From Ignavibacteria bacterium (GTDB lineage: Bacteria; Bacteroidota; Ignavibacteria; SZUA-365), in NCBI GenBank assembly GCA_016720835.1, contig JADKJW010000009.1:99496-163495 (forward strand): DNA of 64,000 bases, written 5' to 3'. The notes under the pieces were generated by a model that saw only the letters and a list, made by a program, of their open reading frames with translations, had not been told where the DNA came from and did not search any database. The position numbers and the translations under genes were made by a program. Positions 63,011 to 64,000 of the stretch are shown here, one piece after another; the first letter of the stretch is position 1; each line of letters begins with the position of its first letter.

Positions 63011-64000
63011 TCACTTGCCCTTCAACACCGCCGCGCGCACTTCCATAGCGAACATCTCCTGAAGATAGAACGTCGCGCCCGATTGCAGGATTATTCCATC
63101 CCTGTCGATGAGAATGATATACGGCGCACCCGCGACGTCGAAGACATCCATCACGTCGTGATCCCATGTATTTCTGATTCGCGCGTGCTTCCACTTCATC
63201 GGGTGTCCTCGTTTCCTGTACTCTGCTGCCTGAGAAGCTGTACCTCCAATGCAGAAACTCACGATCTCCAGACCGTCCTTCCGATACTGCGCGTACATGC
63301 CTTCAAGCGAATTGATGTAGTGGTCGAGTTCCGGAGCCCAGAAATGAAGGATCGCCACCTTGCCTCGGAGCGCCGCGTCCGTGATGAACTGTGTACTGTC
63401 GTCCATGGTACGGAAGGAAAATGACGGACATCGTTTCCCAACTGCATTCTTCGAATCCAGGTTATACATCATTTTGATGGTAAACGCGGCGGGACTGTCT
63501 GCATAATCGCTCAAAAAACGCGCATAGTACTCCCGAACATGCAGCGAATCCCTGTCTTCCATGTAATTCGCGAGCAGTGAGGAAAGGAATTCCACCTTGT
63601 CGCTTGGTGGCTGTGCCGATGAGAGAAACGCATCGGTGAGAGACGTGAACTTCGTGGTCTTGCACTCCTCCGCGCACAGCTGCGCATATGCCCAGATGTC
63701 AACACACCACAACGGCGATCCTGCGGGAACCTGCTTCGCGACATGCAGCAACGAAGTGTCGGGCCGACCATAAGTCAGGCGCCAGGCAAGAGCCTTCATG
63801 CGAAAACATTCCTGCATGAAAGGATCCGTTGCACGGTCGGCGCGCGCGAGATAATCCGTGTACACACGATCGATCTCTGCCGCGAGGGAATCGTTGGTTT
63901 TCTTCGCTCCCGTGCTTCCGCGTGCCGGGCGGCGTTCCTTCGCGGCTTTCTGGAATGCCGATCTCAAATGGTCGTAGTCGCGCAGCGCGTTGTTGACGGC
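63011..64000 (-). CDS. TlpA/redoxin-like thioredoxin-fold protein lacking the CxxC motif; the 5' end probably lies beyond the window
   Basis: C-terminal half ...FITDAALRGKVAILHFWAPELDHYINSLEGMYAQYRKDGLEIVSF...APYIILIDRDGIIL follows the TlpA/AhpC-TSA layout. The frame stays open upstream of the TTG at 63967 to the window edge. Confidence 0.6.
   Translation of the reverse strand, partial: AVNNALRDYDHLRSAFQKAAKERRPARGSTGAKKTNDSLAAEIDRVYTDYLARADRATDPFMQECFRMKALAWRLTYGRPDTSLLHVAKQVPAGSPLWCVDIWAYAQLCAEECKTTKFTSLTDAFLSSAQPPSDKVEFLSSLLANYMEDRDSLHVREYYARFLSDYADSPAAFTIKMMYNLDSKNAVGKRCPSFSFRTMDDSTQFITDAALRGKVAILHFWAPELDHYINSLEGMYAQYRKDGLEIVSFCIGGTASQAAEYRKRGHPMKWKHARIRNTWDHDVMDVFDVAGAPYIILIDRDGIILQSGATFYLQEMFAMEVRAAVLKGK

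Overview
This is a 64-kb bacterial chromosomal segment of about 63% GC. Five secreted proteins end in T9SS-type C-terminal sorting domains. There is also a PorV-like barrel and a CarboxypepD_reg TonB-dependent receptor. The source is therefore most likely a high-GC member of the FCB superphylum (Ignavibacteriota, Chlorobiota or Rhodothermia-like), although many genes carry AGGAG-type RBSs.

Gene content from left to right:
- Envelope polysaccharide genes: an O-antigen-ligase-like protein, an MsbA-like ABC exporter and a GT2 glycosyltransferase.
- An MBL-fold hydrolase and gdhA.
- Two paralogous atypical Hanks-type kinase-like genes with very long E/R/K helices. One appears joined, across two frame breaks, to a TM + PstS-like + OmpA-like envelope module.
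- A large outer-membrane/T9SS block: two secreted proteins, a small exported protein, an M4 protease/beta-propeller fusion, then lipoprotein, TonB receptor, PorV-like barrel and NHL lipoprotein joined by overlapping start/stop codons.
- A histidine ammonia-lyase-like gene.
- A frameshifted GDE_C-type glycosidase preceded by an 86-bp tandem duplication.
- An LLM oxidoreductase.
- One decayed and one intact PIN toxin-antitoxin locus.
- A GH38 mannosidase and an rbsBAC-like sugar ABC operon.
- A beta-helix T9SS protein.
- Two PAS/GAF/hybrid histidine-kinase clusters and a GH5 glycanase.
- A SPOR protein and an acyl-CoA dehydrogenase.

No rRNA, tRNA, CRISPR array, transposase or integrase was seen.

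The main non-genic structure is a family of purine-rich, TGA-containing micro-repeat tracts with a 6-8-nt period, found in at least six intergenic spacers. Two other short dispersed repeat families are also present.

Four reading frames are broken by small indels, three of them in homopolymer runs. Consensus errors must be excluded before any pseudogene claim.

All calls come from reading the sequence and from remembered family motifs. No database search was possible, and start codons are often uncertain by a few codons.
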